Source of the DNA: Rhizodiscina lignyota
Lineage: Eukaryota
Direction of reading: 5' to 3'
DNA: 64,000 nt
Assembly: GCA_010015805.1 (NCBI GenBank)
Contig: ML978132.1
Coordinates: 620,001 to 684,000, forward strand
Shown: in pieces, positions 41,676 through 55,015 of the stretch
Position numbering within the stretch: the first letter of the stretch is position 1
Layout of the letters: every line of letters starts with the position of its first letter
Notes under the pieces: model-generated
Database searches by the model: none
Seen by the model: the letters and a program-made list of their open reading frames with translations, nothing else
Told to the model about the DNA's origin: nothing
Made by a program: the position numbers and the translations under genes

Positions 41676-43520
41676 ATGTCCTGGAGCGGCCTCGGGAAGA
41701 TTGGGAACAGCGCCTATCAAGATGTCTCTTCGGTGTACGCGCACATTGGCGATCCGAACGAGAGGAGAAGACTAGCGCTGGCCGAGATCGATAAGGCGCC
41801 GTTGAGTTGGTACCATCTTCGCCTGGTGGTGGTGACAGGCGTGGGATTTTTCACAGATGCATACAGTGTACGACAAAACCTTGGGATATAATGAAGACAT
41901 TGTCGGAGGGCATGGCTAACATGGTTTTAGCTGTTCGCGGTCAATCTGGTGACGACGATGCTGGGTATGGTCTATTGGCATGAGTCGAACAAGGGACAAA
42001 TGACCGACAATGGCCAAACTGCAATCAAGGTTGCTACCTCCGCTGGAACCGTCGCAGGCCAATTCGTATTTGGATACCTGGCAGATGTGCTTGGCCGAAA
42101 ACGAATGTACGGAATCGAACTTCTCATCATCATTAGTGCCACGCTGGCCGAATCTCTTTCCGCCCCGTCATATGCCATGAGCCTGGTCGGAGTGATGGTC
42201 TTCTGGAGAATCGTGATGGGCATTGGAGTTGGCGGTGATTATCCACTTTCTGCTGTAATAACTGCTGAAATGGCGGATACGAAGTGGAGAGGAGCCATGG
42301 TCTCTTTCGTTTTTGCCATGCAAGGATTCGGCCAGTTTGCAGCAGCAATGGTAGCTTTCATCGTGGTCCAGGTGTACAAAGGAACCCTTGAGGCTGTCCC
42401 GGACGTCGCTTCTTGTACCGGAAAATGTCAAGTTGACACCGATATCATGTGGCGCATTGTTCTGGGCTTTGGAGGCATTCCTGGATGGTTCGCGCTGTAC
42501 TATCGTCTGACGATTCCAGAGACACCGCGTTATACATTCGATGTCCGACACGACTTGGAGAAGGCGGCAGCAGATTCAAGACGATTCCGCTCTGGAAGAA
42601 TAGGAGAAGGCGTCACCGATCCTGTTCGCCAGGCCAAACTTCAAGTGGACATGAAGAAATATCATAAGAATCCTCCAAGTCTTCGAGAATTCTTCAGCTA
42701 TTTCCGCGAGTGGAAACACCTCGCTCAGCTCATAGGAACGGCTGGATCATGGTTCTTCCTCGACATAGCGTTCTACGGCCTCAATTTGAATACCAACACC
42801 GTCCTCAGCTTCATTGGCTTCTCCGAGAAGCACAATTGCTACTCTCTACTGCGGAGCGCGGTTGTTGGCCAACTAGTCCTTGTATGCGCTGGTTCAATAC
42901 CTGGATATTGGTTCACAGTGTTCACAGTCGATTTCCTCGGCCGCAAGCCGATTCAGATCGGAGGCTTCATCATCCTCACTCTCATCTTCGCCGTTATCGG
43001 ATTCAACTTCAACAACCTCAGCCAAGCCGCTCTCCTTGCTCTCTACATCCTCGCCCAATTCTTCTTCAACTTTGGTAAGTATCCACAACGAACTAAATAG
43101 CCCCCACCGATCTCGATCTAATATGACGTTTTAGGCCCCAACGCAACAACCTTCATCGTTCCGGCCGAATGTTTTCCGACTCGTATTCGTGCTACCGCCC
43201 ACGGTGTCTCCGCTGGCTTCGGCAAAATCGGTGCCGTCGTAGCACAACTCGCCTTCGCGCCTCTGGTGAACCGCGGTGCGACACCGACCAATCCGCACCC
43301 ATGGCTCGACAAGGTCATGCAGATTTTTGCGCTCTTCATGCTGTGCGGCACGATCATCAGCTTCCTGATTCCCGAGACGAAGGGAAAGACGCTGGAAGAG
43401 CTGGCCGGCGAGAGCGAATTCAATCCTGCGTACGAAGCTGGCAGTATTAGGAGCGCGAGCAGGAGCATTACAGACGATTTACCACCGCCCACCCCGAGTA
43501 TCAGCCTAGGACGAGTATGA
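41676..43520 (+). CDS. Pho84-like phosphate:H+ symporter (MFS PHS family)
   Basis: DPNERRRLALAEIDKAP, GVGGDYPLS, FAMQGFGQ, IPETPRYTFDV, SWFFLDIAFYG and FGPNATTFIVPAECFPTRIR. Introns 41868-41930 and 43074-43134. Confidence 0.93.
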
Positions 43521-46195
43521 GGACTCCGAGAGGAGACTAGGCGATTGATGAAGACCACGCGGTTTATGACTTTGGTTAATTTCCGAGCGGGCGTTATGGA
43601 AAGATGTATGATTTGGGACAAGGGTACAGATTTCAATCTCAAACCGGTCAACTGGATTTCTCTCCGGATACTTTGCGAATATACCTCTATTAAAGCGACT
43701 ACCCACGAGTTTATGTTTGGAATGTCAAAGTCAACGCATTCGCAATGAAAGGCCTGGAAAGTTCTCTCCCCACTGGCTGGCTAAAGCTATTCTTAATGGC
43801 GTTCCGCACTGGAGAAAGGGTCTCGAGAATTTTTCTTCGTCGATTATTCCGCTTCTTTGTACATAGATCCTGTCACAAATATCCCGCGTGCAAGGTCACT
43901 TTTAGATGAAGATTTAACAATGGAACTCGACGTTAGCGAAGCTCTTCCATCCAAGCACACTGTATTCGACATGTTCCCCGCCCTGGCAAACTCCTGAGCA
44001 CATGTTTGATATTGACCTCGCTACGCCCCGAATGCAATAAGCAGCTTATTTAGCAGAGCTGGTTCCACAATTTTATGCATGAGCCTAATGTAACACGTTG
44101 AACGCGTCTGCCATCGGAGTACACTCCTAAACGAGGAGCTTGCGAGGGTGCCTTGTCGACAGGCGTTCGCATCGGCCGGTCTGCCCCTTTCCTGATCGCG
44201 GCTCCGTGAGTACCGTTGCGTTGCTCGGCTCGCGAATCGGAGCCGGTCGTCGGCGCACTGGCAGCTCCAGGCTGGAATTCCCAAGATCTCCGGAGGGCGA
44301 CGGGAGGATCAAGGGATCGCGGGTCGAGAATTTGGGAATTCGGCGCTTGGGGCGACTTGGCATTGTCTTAAGATACGGGCTGGGCTTGAGCAAACAAAAG
44401 TTGGAAGTGTAGATGGTACCTTTTTGGTATTGCGGTCCCCTCGTGCTTCGTAACGCTGACGCTCAGGACTCAGAAGGAGATGAAGTGAAACGAACAAGCA
44501 GACAGGCGAATTCCGGTTGTCGACGGAAGACATGGTTTGAAGATAACCAGGTCTGTATACCCCGTACTTTGCAAAAGTTGGCCCCATGGGCACATAGTCA
44601 CGGCATCCTCGTCGTTCAGAACTTTATTTATGCTTCGGCGAGCCGAGGGTGATGAGTTGAAGCGACGAGCGCAATGATTCCAGTCGCCGCACTGTAAGCC
44701 ATGTCGCAGAGAATCGTGGAGAGTGCGGTTTTCAGGCCTTGATCGTGGAGTCTGGCTGAAGATGGCCCGGCAATTCCGTGTAATCTCGAGAACGCGTGGA
44801 GTAGAGCGTGGCGTGGTACTCTGGCGCAAAGAAACCCCTAACCCTAGCCCCATCCTTCAACATATTCAGAATTGCGAGCTCCTCTCGCTTTAGTAAAGAG
44901 CTAAAGGAATGAAGAGAATTCGGGAGAGACTCTTCGTCTAGCTGAGAAGGATTTGAATGCGAAGCTCGTGACGGGGATCTAAGGTGCTCCCAGGCTTGTC
45001 TTGGAAGTAGGTGTTTCAACGTCATTTCGGTAATGAGCAACATGCATAACAAGGCTAAGGGTTCTCTCTTGCACTCCAACGCAAGTTTCTGGTAAAGACG
45101 CCTCTGAAATGGACGTTTGTGACGCCATCTTATGAGGCCTTTTCCCCGCAACGCCAACTACATAGCGGCAGTGGGCTACGCCTGCTCCCCGGATTCATTA
45201 TAGGATCTAGAATATTCCCCGCTGAGCAGAAGCAGTCGAGATACGCGTAACTGGGTCCGGGACCCATTTGAAAATTAAATCAACGCAGGAACACCGGTGG
45301 CGTCTTACGGTACAGCCTCGTGTTGGGGAAAAGTGCCTCTACTTGCCATTTCAAGATACAGTCTGATCTGTTCCGAACACGGGCTATATAGCAGCACCCT
45401 GGTCGAATTAATGGCTCGGTTTGGCAGCCGATTCGCGCTTTTCCAATTGGATTTAGTTTTACGGCGTGGTGCCTGCGAAGTCTTGCTTCCTCCTCCTCCC
45501 ACGAGCTTCTACCGATTGGCTATCTCTCTAAGTGAGGGGCAATCCAGATTCAGATTCTAAATGATCTCGCGAAACTTCATAATCCAGAACTCAGAATTGA
45601 GGGGCTTCTTAGCCAAGTATCGGCGCTCTATCGGTAAAGTCATTCAGTATTCGCAAATTCAAAGCTCCATCGCTAGCATTTAGCGTAAATCACAGCAATC
45701 TAACAAGAATCTAACAAATCCTAAGTACTCTAGCAATTATGGATCCTAGATTCGATTCCGCAGCCAAGCAGAGCCAAAATTGTTGATCGCTGGCGGCCTC
45801 GGCCGACAGAGCATCCACCTTGCAGCGACGTTCACTCTCGAGCAGTACGAAACATAAAATGGGTAGAAACGTGTGGAGATACAAACCCATAGTCGCCATT
45901 AGTGGATCGAGCAAGTCTAAGCGATTAGAGTCCTTCTTGAAAGATGCCAATGGCGACCGAACCCCACATCTTGCTCGGTCAGGACTGTACCAGCCTCCGC
46001 ACAGCTAGAAAGAACTACCGTAATTATCCTGCGGTGTCGTCGTCCCAATGTGGAAAGCCACCCACCGTAGAAGTAGTTTATTAGCAGACTACAAAAGGTT
46101 TACGTCGTCGACAACCGTGGATGTATAACTTCTCAGTTGGCGACTAGGTCGTCTTAGAGTTGTCAATCCGTTCAGCTAACTCCCGTTACCCAAAG

Positions 46196-47721
46196 ATGCA
46201 CTTTCTCATCCACCGTCTATTGGCAATTGGCCTGCTAGCCTCTGCTATCCCTGGCGTCCAGACACATTCTATCGACAAGCCGGCAAAGCTGCGCACAATC
46301 GTCACCACTGATATGGAGCAGGACGACCTGGCCTCACTGATTCGGTACATACTCTATACCAATGACCTCGACACTCAGGGCATCATCTACACTTCCAGCC
46401 GCTATCACTGGGCGGGTGACGGCAAAGGCACGGAGTTTTTCCTGCCTGGCCGCGAGTACAACACATCTCAGACGTCATGGCGCTGGACCGGCACACAGAC
46501 TATTCAGGATAAAATCCTAAAGGCGTATGCAAAGGTGTATCCGAATCTGCGCCGCCATGATCCATCTTACCCGACACCGAATGAACTATTGTCAAAGGTC
46601 AAGATTGGCAACATCGACTTTGAAGGGAGATGGACCACGACACGGATGGCTCCAATCTCATTCGGTCGCTGCTGCTGAACGAGGACCCGCGTCCACTTTA
46701 CTTGCAGGCATGGGGTGGTACCAGCACAATTGCGCGCGCTCTAAAGTCGATCGAGGAGCGGTATTCGGCCTCGTGGCAGTGGCCGCGAATCAGGGACTTA
46801 GTCTCCCGTAAAGCTGTCATCCTGGCCAGTGGTTTTCAGGACGAAACATATGTGGATTACATCGCTCCAACATGGCCGCAGATCCGCGTCGAGGAGCTTT
46901 CAGCCGGTTATTCCACCTGGGGCTACAACTGCAATCAAGGCCAGGGCAATACCCGTGGCCTGCCGGATGACCATGTGTATTTCACGGGAGACTGGATTAG
47001 AGCCAACATTGAGATGGGGCCGTACGGGAAGCTCTACCGCTCCTGGCTCGATGGCCAGTCCATGCCGGGTGATCCAGAGGACATCTTTGGGAATATAACT
47101 AAGGCATCTTCCCCAACTGCGTGGTGTAAGCCGCTCGGCCAGTACGACTTCCTGTCCGAAGGCGACGATGTGGCCTTCAACCCCCTGTTGACCACTGGAA
47201 TCCAGGATCCAAGCAATCCAAACCTCGGTAGCTGGGGAGGCCGAGCTAAGCAAAACACCACGTCGCCGGATCTGTGGGGGATGGTCGAGACAGAGAAGGC
47301 CGAGAACGGCACCGAAGTCGAAAATTACACAACAAACCGTTGGATTGCGGCTGTTCAAAACGACTTCGCGGCTCGCATGCATTGGACAATTACGCCAGAG
47401 TACCGCAAGGGCAATCACGCACCCTCGGTGGACATACTCAATGGCAAATCGGTAAAGGCGTATCCAGGGTCGACCGTGAAGCTATCCAGCCAGGTCAGCG
47501 ATCCGGATGGAGACCATGTTACTACGTCTTGGTGGCAGTATTTTGAGGAAGGCACATACCCAGGCGCCGTGACTGTGACCGCTAACCACAACCACGGCGC
47601 GACTGTAAAGATCCCAGCGGACGCGAAGCCTGGCCAAACCATATCAGTTATTGTGCAAGGGACGGACGATGGGCACTTCCCCTTGACACGCTATGATCGT
47701 GTATTTATTCACGTCGTATAG
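46196..47721 (+). pseudogene. Secreted DUF1593 / Sde182-like nucleoside-hydrolase-fold protein with one frameshift
   Basis: Signal peptide, RTIVTTDMEQDDLASLIRY, QAWGGT, FLSEGD, SWGGR, AVQNDFAARMHW, SDPDGD and PLTRYDRV. Frames split at 46625-46630; adding one G restores GNIDFEGEMDHDT. May be a sequencing error. Confidence 0.8.
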
Positions 47722-48761
47722 CATTAATCGACTCCGGACACTGCGCCATTGCAGCTCTGATTGTTAGCCTTGTTGCATCCGTGAGTATTCGGTGCATTAA
47801 AGTAATCAGTTGCTGGAGGGAAATCAGTAACCTCAATATCAGTACCACCCCTCGCAACATTTAGCTGCTCTGCGCACTCACTTCGTAACTTTCACTGAAG
47901 AGATGTAGTGCTTCTTCAAACATGATATCTGTTCCTGTGTGTCGTGATACGTTTCGTAAGCCTTCTTCTCCATGACATCCATGCTGGTTTCGACGGTGTC
48001 GTCTGGGTGGAAGGTGGTCGATATCCGGCCGCGTGAAGAAAGCTACCGCTTTGATGTTGCGGGCGTGTGGTCGGTAACAAGAAATGATCCCAGAACGATC
48101 GCTGACCGCAGGGTTTCAGTCTTGGGAGATCTTTACATACTGAAGAAGCGGTCGAATGTGCTAGCGGCCTTGATGAGATCGGTTCGCCTGCGGTTCGGAC
48201 TTTCGACGTCGCAAGTAGAACAGTCTGGGTTGATCCGGAAAGGCGAGCGTGGATCGCGCATGGGGCAAGGGAGCGTTCAGAGTGCGATGATCCTCTTCAT
48301 GTATATCAAGAGCTGGCCATTGTCGTTCCCCAGCGCTGCCTACTACGCCTGACTTCCAGTTGGATGCCAGAAGAAGGCGCCAAACCGCAATAGACGACCG
48401 CCTAAGCCTGAGGGCGAGTTCGAACAACTTTATACTGAGAATTGCTTAATTAAGCGCGCAGTTACTTTAGCGATGGCACAAATGGTCTAATTTCAGATGA
48501 TTTGGCAATGGTTGGATTGAATGATTGAACGCGATCATTTCGGAGGGAAATGCTCGCCAGATATAGTGATCAACACCAACAATCGTAAGCGAATAGTTGA
48601 TCATGGCACGGACCCCTGTAATCAGCCACCATCCTGGTGCGTTAGAGCATCGTAGACACCAAGGCCCATCCCCCACCGCCGGGTCGCAACAACAACTTCC
48701 TGGCATGATTGGACACAACCTTAAGCCTTCCTTTGAGTGGCTCATAACAGTGTATTCCAGT

Positions 48762-49072
48762 TTATGTCTATTCCACCGCAGCAAGTCAGCCATATACTGT
48801 TGTAGAAGCGTGGTACTATGGAGCGAAGAATCACTCACAACACAGACACCTGTTGTACCGCCGGAACATCCACAGTTGGGGAAGCAGGGTGCTTTGTTAT
48901 GACTACCTGCTTCACAGAAACAGCTCGTGCCTCCGGCACATCCACACCCAGGGAAACATGGACAGTTGCCGGCTCTACGCTCGAGCGTTTCTAGGGCGTC
49001 GTTTGGCGACAGCGCTGGCGTAGCTACTGCCATGGTGATGAGCAGACTAAGGATTGCCGTAGTGAAACGCAT
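48762..49072 (-). CDS. Small secreted cysteine-rich peptide (79 aa, 10 Cys)
   Basis: Signal peptide and LERR Kex2 site. Intron 48768-48838 (GTGAGT..GCTGAC..TAG) is followed by ACA TAA. Confidence 0.8.
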
Positions 49073-49840
49073 TGTCGTTATTCTGACTGGATTATTTCAA
49101 TTCGTTGAAGATTCCAATGAAGAGACAGAAAGACAATTGTCAAGTGGTGATTCCAGCTTTTTGAAAATTCGAATGAAGAACTAGCAAGATGATAGCTAGA
49201 GCAACGCGTGGCTATATAGTTCTCAACATCGTCTGTAACAACTTGTCAACAGGGTCGTACTCGATACTATTATCCGATGATGACCATGTTACACAAATTA
49301 CATCGGCTACCGATATACTGCCGTCAGATTCCTTCAAATGCAGAGACTTCTGATCCAGGGGTGTGAACATGATTTTTGACCTCCAATTTGGTTTTCTTCG
49401 CTTCCGATAGGACACACCGGTGACCGACATGGAAAAGAAGTAGCCTGGCTCCCTAAAGGAAGATATTGAAAAGGAGATAATGTAGTACGCTGAGTTGGAC
49501 ACGTCGTAAGCCCGGGCGAACAATGCTTCCGTTTGCTCTCTGTATAAGGCCTTGTCCCACTCCAGTAGACGATCGAAGGACATGCTGTGTAGCGTAACGA
49601 CTTTATTCTGGTAGGATGTGAGAGTCACGTTGCCATCGTTGAGGTATATCCACTCGAGACGAGTTGTACATGTGCTAAACCGCCGTCCAGGTTCTGAACC
49701 GTCACATGGCCGAACTCCTGAATTCTGTTGGCAATGCCATCTTCTATTCCCTTCCACTCGATGCTCCCCGACTGCCTGATGCAGTAATTCGCACCTTCAA
49801 CCTGACCCGCTTCAAATATTAGCGCCCTGCTTGCTCCCAT

Positions 49841-51703
49841 TTAGCGGCGGTTACGGTTAGGAGTTGGCTTGATAATCCATACAGGCGCAGTGCGGACGTC
49901 TTCTATCATGACGGACGCGGTATCGATGGCCCCTTCGATCTGCCCTTGCATGGCTCCTTCGGTCTGCCCTTGCATGGCCGGTCTGTTTCCGAAACTGTTA
50001 ACGAGGCTCATGATCCAAAATGCACCAGCGAGTGTGCTCCCCGCATACTGGCATTGGTCGGAAGACCATCTGAAGTGATCTTTAATGGTAAAAGCCCCAG
50101 GCAACCGCAGTCCATGCCGATTGTCCCGACATCGTTAATGGATCGAAACGAAAGCTCCAGAATACGTGTTGTACTGCAGGTGGAAGTGGGACAAAGTTTG
50201 AACTGGAGTTCTGTGCAACAATAATACGGATAGACGCTGGGTGTCGATATTCGATAAGAGGACTGTCAGCACGGCCGAACATTTGAATCGAGAAGCTATG
50301 TGAAGCTCTAGTGCGTGTTCCTTCGAAATTGATCGGCCGCGAACAGTGCGTTCTCCGTTCGTCTCAAACTCTGAATGACCTAAGACAATGCCGGTATCCA
50401 TCATGAAGATTGTCGCTCCTTTCCCAGCCGCAGGTTCATATATGTGGTCATTTAACTCAAATTTTGCGCCTCGGCGGAGAGATGACAGGAGTTCAGGTGC
50501 TTGGGACTATTCTTCCTTCTAATAATATCCTCGACCAGCAGCGGAGAGACTCTCTCTGACAGCATGTGTGTCTTTGGTTTGAAGGGCCGTTCACTGGCTG
50601 TATACGAATGTCGCATTGAGGCGTCGGCAAGTTCGACATCTGGTTCTTTTGGATTCCAAACTACGATGTCAATCAGATCGGTTCTTTCCTCAGCCCTTTT
50701 TGCCTGCTTCTCATTCAGCATTGCGAAGTAATACCATCTTGTGGGAGACAACGGCTCGAAGCGGAGATCGCCCTTTTCACCGTCGATGTCCTGAAGAAAA
50801 GATCTGCAGTTTCCTCTTTGATATTAGATTGTGATAAGATGACGCTATAACAATCTGTCGCAGATGGTGACTCTCATGAATAGGCGGTTCTCGCTGTGGC
50901 CAAGATAGTCGACGTCGGCACCGTACTTGTAACACTGTGAGCGCTTTCTGGATTGGCTTCCAGTCGATTTTTGCCAATTTGCGAAGCGCCAGAATCGTAT
51001 CCCTTAACGCTAGACCCACTATTGCGTTCGTCTTGCTAAAAAATCTCTTTAACGTCGCTTTCGCAACTTGCGCATTCCTCCCAGAAGGCAGCTCTCTCAC
51101 GATGTTCCGAACGGAAGATAGACTATTCACAGCTGATGTTGTCTCTGGATAAGCATCGACAACTTCCTGTACTGCCGATTTTGCAAGATTGCTGAGTGAG
51201 TGCATCTCGACTGATCCCCCAACAGACCTGAAGGCCCCTGTAAAAGTATTGGCAAGACCTTCCATATGTGTGCTCATAGTAGAGACGATTGATGGAATTC
51301 GCTTCACAAAATCCGCATCCGACATCATTCCAGAAGTCCAAAGGTTGCCAGCGCCAAGTACGTAGTCAAATCGGGAGGCGAGACCGTCTGACCAAGTTGC
51401 TACATCGCTCATAGTCTTCAGAGATCCAGTGAACCTTCCACTCGAGCTACCGCCACTCGCTTCACCTTGAGCAGCTCCTCCAGAATGGACGTGAAGTGTA
51501 TATCCAGCAGAGGAGAGGATAGTAGGCTTTGTGTCTTTGGGAGTGTGGAAGACTGCCGCACCAATAACTACTGAGGAAAGATCCACAGTGGCAGACGTCC
51601 CATCGGGTTGATAAACGGTCATGCTCCCTGATAGTGGCAGATTAAAAGTAGCGCCTCCATCCAATGCGACTGAAGTTGGTGTTGCTCTAGCATATACCAT
51701 CAA
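49841..51703 (-). pseudogene. Subtilisin-like (S8) protease pseudogene with long N-terminal extension
   Basis: I9-like prodomain (YYFAMLNEKQAKR..IDIVVWN), catalytic-Asp motif HIYEPAAGKGATIFMMDTGI..HSEFE, and a frameshifted GHGTAVA near 50100-50118. No GTSMA motif found; several frame breaks. Confidence 0.65.
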
Positions 51704-53838
51704 GCCATGAGTACTGCATCGGGGTTGCGGCTAGATGAAGTGGGACCTGTGTGCTGCTAGGGCCACGGCACAGCACAAGTGTGTGGATTGCCCATAAGCA
51801 TCAAAGGCATTAAAGCAGAATCATGAGAGCCAATGAGAATTCAAATCTGCCCGCTCTGCAGAGTCTCGCGTAGCCTGCATAATTACCGCAGTGCGGTATT
51901 GAGAGGAGGGCTGTTCTCATGGAGATCGATTGGCACGGAGTAGATGGCGATGATAACGGATCGGAGTGATGCAACGATACGATAAATGCCAGCGTAGCCA
52001 AATCCTTGGCCCCTTCGACCTTGTGAATTGGATCGCCTTTGTGGCTGTGAGGACGAAGTGTTAGAGTCGCTCGGGGAGTCTCTAGAGTACGGAGTAAGGA
52101 GGTAGGCCCACCTTGCCACCGAAACCCAATTAGGAAAGGTTAGGCTTTACGCCAGCGTGTAGAGATTTTCTCGGTACCACAAGACAACATAGCGCAATTC
52201 TCTGGATATAGCCAGGAGAAGAGCGGATAAGGAAGTTCCTCGCAAGCTCCTACGACTTGTTATTCCTTCGTTACTTCGAAGTGTGGCCTTCATTAGAGCC
52301 ATGCATGTCGGTTAGATGTGCCTCTTTCTCCTGGAGCAGTTCCCCTACTAATTAATCCATGTTGATCGCTTTCCGTCTCCTTGAGATTTACTTTAAACGA
52401 CATTGATTACTATCATCGGATATTCATCTTTAAGTTAATGGATACCTAATTATGTTCTTGCGATGTTGAGAAATCAGCCGTGGTTTTTGTTCATTGATGC
52501 CGAACGGAAGATCATTAATAGCGGACTTGAAAATCTAACTTCATTTCTCTGATTGGCCTCTGATAGAAGTCCTGCATCAGATCATCTAGGAATTGTACTC
52601 CGGCTTGACCAAAAACATCCAGTCGTCCACGTTCGGCAGTTCGTTCGTTTAATCTCCAATGCCTTAGGTTTCCGCGACGTACGACAATCGCGGAATTAAA
52701 GCGAGTGCACTCGCACATTGTCGTGTAATTCGAAAAAACAGTTCAGTGCCAACGCATGGCAGGCTCCAAGACGCTCGTGTATGTCTTGGTGATTTGTGAA
52801 TGAAATAAGCGCTGACTACTCTGTTCAAGTCGCCGTTCAGAGAAAGCTATCACTACACCGGTCACGGTCTCTTGCACTTTCAATTACACTTTGTATTAGA
52901 AAAACACCTATCACGTTAGTACAGGGGAAATGCGCATAGTTAACTCAAAAAATCGTGAACCAGAGGAGAAAGACAGTGGAAGTCGGCAGCCGTCCGCAGC
53001 GGTCTATTCGAAGTTCTAACGATAAAGCTAGCACTACTCCGTACATAGTCAAAATGGAGCCTATTACTCCGTAAAGGGGCGGATATAATAAATTACACAT
53101 GCAGGAAGATGGATGACAAACCGTAGCGTATTTCCAGTTCCAGGTTGAAATCTAGGATAGATCTGTCACTCCCGACATGTACGGAAACGGTGCGAATTCC
53201 GTGTATGCGGCTCAAGAGCTTCGAGTCTTAACCCAGACGCACATGTACCTGAGCATGACTTCCTCCGCGGAGACATGACATTTGTTCTCGAGGAAAGACT
53301 TGCACTTTACTCTGCTCGACTCAGCAGGGAAGGAAGGAACCATATTAACGTTCAGTGGCACGAGTTAATTGTTGCTTGAACAGGCAAAACGTCGTTCAGC
53401 CTAAGCCACTCGGCGTGGCCTGGTACAGCTCAACTGCTTTGTAAGGTGATATATAAGACGCGCTCTCGGTGTTGATGGTGGTAGAATTCGATAATCTATC
53501 GCTTCTTGAGGCACCTTGGTCTCACACTTTTCCCAAGTAGGGTACCAAGTAGTACAAACGTGTCAACGAGCTGCTCCAAGCCCGGAATGCAGCTGATAGT
53601 TCCAAGGACACTCTGTTAGACCGATGTGAAGCAGCGTAGCGTGCAAATGGCGTCGGTGACAACCGGTGTTCCGCGTAAGGGCATAGATGTGCCGGGAAGT
53701 TACACCATTTTCTCATTTAAAACGTTCGTCTCTCGCATCCGTCGAGCTTCTCTAGCCTCATCGATCAAGCGCTCGACCTTCAACTCCATCATACACTCAA
53801 AGACACCTTAAAAAATATACATTCAGCGACGAACGGCA

Positions 53839-54586
53839 ATGGACCGCGGCGCTCTCATAGTCATCGGCTCTGGTCCTGGCATCGGCCGTTCTGTTGCCTC
53901 AGCGTTCGCCTCTAACGGATTCACTCGCATCTTCCTCATTCGGCGCAATGCTCAAGGCCTCGAAGACGACAAAGCTACTGTCATCGCGACAGCCGGAAAG
54001 GACATCCGCGTTGACACCATCGTCGCCGATATCTCCGATCAACAGGCCCTGGCGAAGGCGCTACAGCAGATCGAGGAGGAGAAGTACGTGATCGAATGTG
54101 TCTTCTTCAACGCCGCGCGTGTAGAGCCGAGCGAGATGCTGAAGTTCCCGATTGAGGAGATCGAGCATGATTTCAGGGTACGGAATGAAGAATATCTTCG
54201 CATTTGGAAAGCCCACGCTGACTCTTTTCCGATAGACCACCAACATCGCGCTTTATCAGACCGCACAATGGGCCATTCCATTGCTCAAAGTGGCGAAGGG
54301 CACCGTGTCGAAGCCGTCGCTCCTGGTGACCAACAGCCTGCTCTACAAGTATCCCGTGCCGCAGATGTTCTCGTTGACGTTCACAAAGGCCGCTCAGAGG
54401 ACCCTCGTTGAGATGATGACGACGCTATACGCACCAGAAGGTATCCACGTTGGTTTGATATCGGTGGGCGGTCCTGTTGCGCCGGAGAACAAGGTGCTAA
54501 ATCCAAAGAATATTGCGAAGGAAACGTGGCACTTCTTTCAGAATAGCATGAACGGGGATCTAGAGATCGAAATTGTGGAACGATGA
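53839..54586 (+). CDS. Short-chain dehydrogenase/reductase (atypical, no catalytic Tyr)
   Basis: IVIGSGPGIG, VFFNAARV and FSLTFTKAAQ; intron about 54178-54236. Confidence 0.85.
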
Positions 54587-55015
54587 ATGGAAAAATCAAC
54601 GGCGAAAGGCATGATTTATGATTTCGAGACCCGTTGCGAACTTGAGTGTTACAGGCGTCCAACGACAAGTCGGAGCATCAGAAAGGTGCAAACGGAGTGT
54701 ATCTAATTTGGATTTGAGAGCCTTCATAAATCTTCACAGTCGTTAATTGACGTAAACGTCTACCGGTGCTCCCTTGAGGCGAGATCGTGCTGCTTCTGCT
54801 GATATCACTGACGCTTCGTCAATTGATATGGCTGCCGTCGATGAACCATTGTGCTCATTGCTATTGCACAAGAGGCTGTTTGAGGTTACCTTCCGAGGAT
54901 TTCCAACCGCTGCAACGTCCCTGTGCGTTGAAAATCTCCCCCATTTAGGGTTGATGAGCGAGCTGGCCATCTTGTGGGTGCTGCATGATGCTCAAGAAGG
55001 CTACTGCTATGCCAT

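Noticed and set aside
48467..48761. C-terminal extension of the Cys-rich ORF
   Set aside because: A canonical intron leads to a stop at 48762; the extension is 3' UTR read-through.
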